From contig OZ316896.1 in assembly GCA_973895155.1 (NCBI GenBank), forward strand, positions 6,252,166 to 6,316,165: DNA of 64,000 nucleotides, read 5' to 3'. The notes under the pieces were generated by a model, which searched no databases, had not been told where the DNA came from, and worked only from the letters and a program-made list of their open reading frames with translations. How positions within the stretch are numbered: the stretch's first letter is position 1; each line of letters begins with the position of its first letter. Source of the stretch: Marsupella aquatica. Its lineage: Eukaryota; Plantae; Marchantiophyta. Below, piece after piece: positions 63,161 to 64,000 of the stretch. A program made the position numbers and the translations under genes.

Positions 63161-64000
63161 AGTGAGTACCCCCTCTCGGTTGCGGGGGCATAACTCTCTG
63201 TGTATTTAACCAAATTGGCTATAATTGACCTCGTTGGAAAGAGGAGCTCAAGCCGCTTCCAACGCTGCTATCCACGCAGCAAATGGTTGAATTAAGAAAT
63301 CGGGAGAGGAGGTGCAAGCTCGCGAAAACCATGGAGGAGGGCCAAATCCGAAGTACATAGCCAATTCGAGACAGAAATAAAGTTGCGAGTTAGGGTTCAG
63401 TAGTTAGAGATAGTGGCGGCTCTATTAGGGCTGGGATGGGGCTCCAGCAGCATAGTATCCACCCATTTGGGCTCAGTATGAGAGTATATAGAGCAGCCTC
63501 CCGGTAGAGGCAAGGGGGGGGGGGACTTCAGTTGTGTGATCTCACTTAGACTGAGCAGCAGGGAGGAGCTCTGTGCAAGCAAGGCTGGACTTGGACGCTG
63601 CGTGTTGGGGAGAGCTTGGTTGTGCTATTACTTAGGGAGTAATCAGCCAAGCTTCACAGCTGCAACGGGTTGCTAGGTTTGCGAGCTGGATTGTGGCTCT
63701 TTCTAGTGGGCAGCACAACTGGGTTCTTTTCCCCCGATACAGAGCCTTGGTGATAGGTGATGTATTGGTGATTGTAAACTGTGGAGAGGATTTCAATGTG
63801 ATTTGTGGTGAGCACATTAGGGAGGCTGAGACACTGATTGAGGGGCAGCAGGAGGAGCATTTATAGTTCAGTCTGGCAAGGCTACGGGATCCATGGGGAG
63901 TCCCGGCCTTTGTCTGGTAGAGAGCACTAAGGGATTTATGGCCAGAGCTGAGCTTGCACGGCAAGCGTGAGGCCGGGCCTCATTGCAGTCTGGGATAGAG

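Larger units (their letters stand above)
53992..64000 (-). mobile_element. Ty3/Gypsy chromovirus (3' LTR 53992-55440; matching 5' LTR not seen in the window)
   Basis: A G-run PPT at 55441-55448 abuts the TG start of the LTR. Domain order: Gag/CFTCGAMGHQSKDC, protease ALVNTGAT, RT (FIDDILIYS), RNase H (EIWTD), integrase (WESISMDFI), chromodomain (YLVKWAGY..STWEP). Whether 62520-64000 belongs to the element is inferred. Confidence 0.9.

Overview
Eukaryotic, intron-rich plant DNA, most likely from a seed-free land plant with flagellated sperm (inferred from the SFI1 gene; the species cannot be determined). Three host genes are supported: a multi-exon SFI1-like centrin-binding protein (+, ~2690-11332), a 7-exon pyruvate decarboxylase (-, 27830-31820) and an ENF2/PotD-like polyamine-binding protein (+, ~47284-50958). 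Most of the rest is transposable elements. These include two full-length but stop-riddled Ty1/Copia elements with paired LTRs and 5-bp TSDs, solo LTRs and deletion derivatives of both families, and a chromodomain-bearing Ty3/Gypsy element with a 5'-truncated LINE inserted in frame in its pol. There are also a hAT fragment, a hAT-type MITE, a TA-flanked TIR element, a CACTA transposase remnant and a 3-kb foldback element. No rRNA, tRNA or CRISPR features were seen. I found no clearly new biological system. The most unusual observations are the plant SFI1 gene with a duplicated splice acceptor and a candidate 28-aa-repeat exon, two separate LTR-PBS-to-RT fusion derivatives, and the in-frame Gypsy-LINE chimera. 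All exon models and alignments were read by eye.
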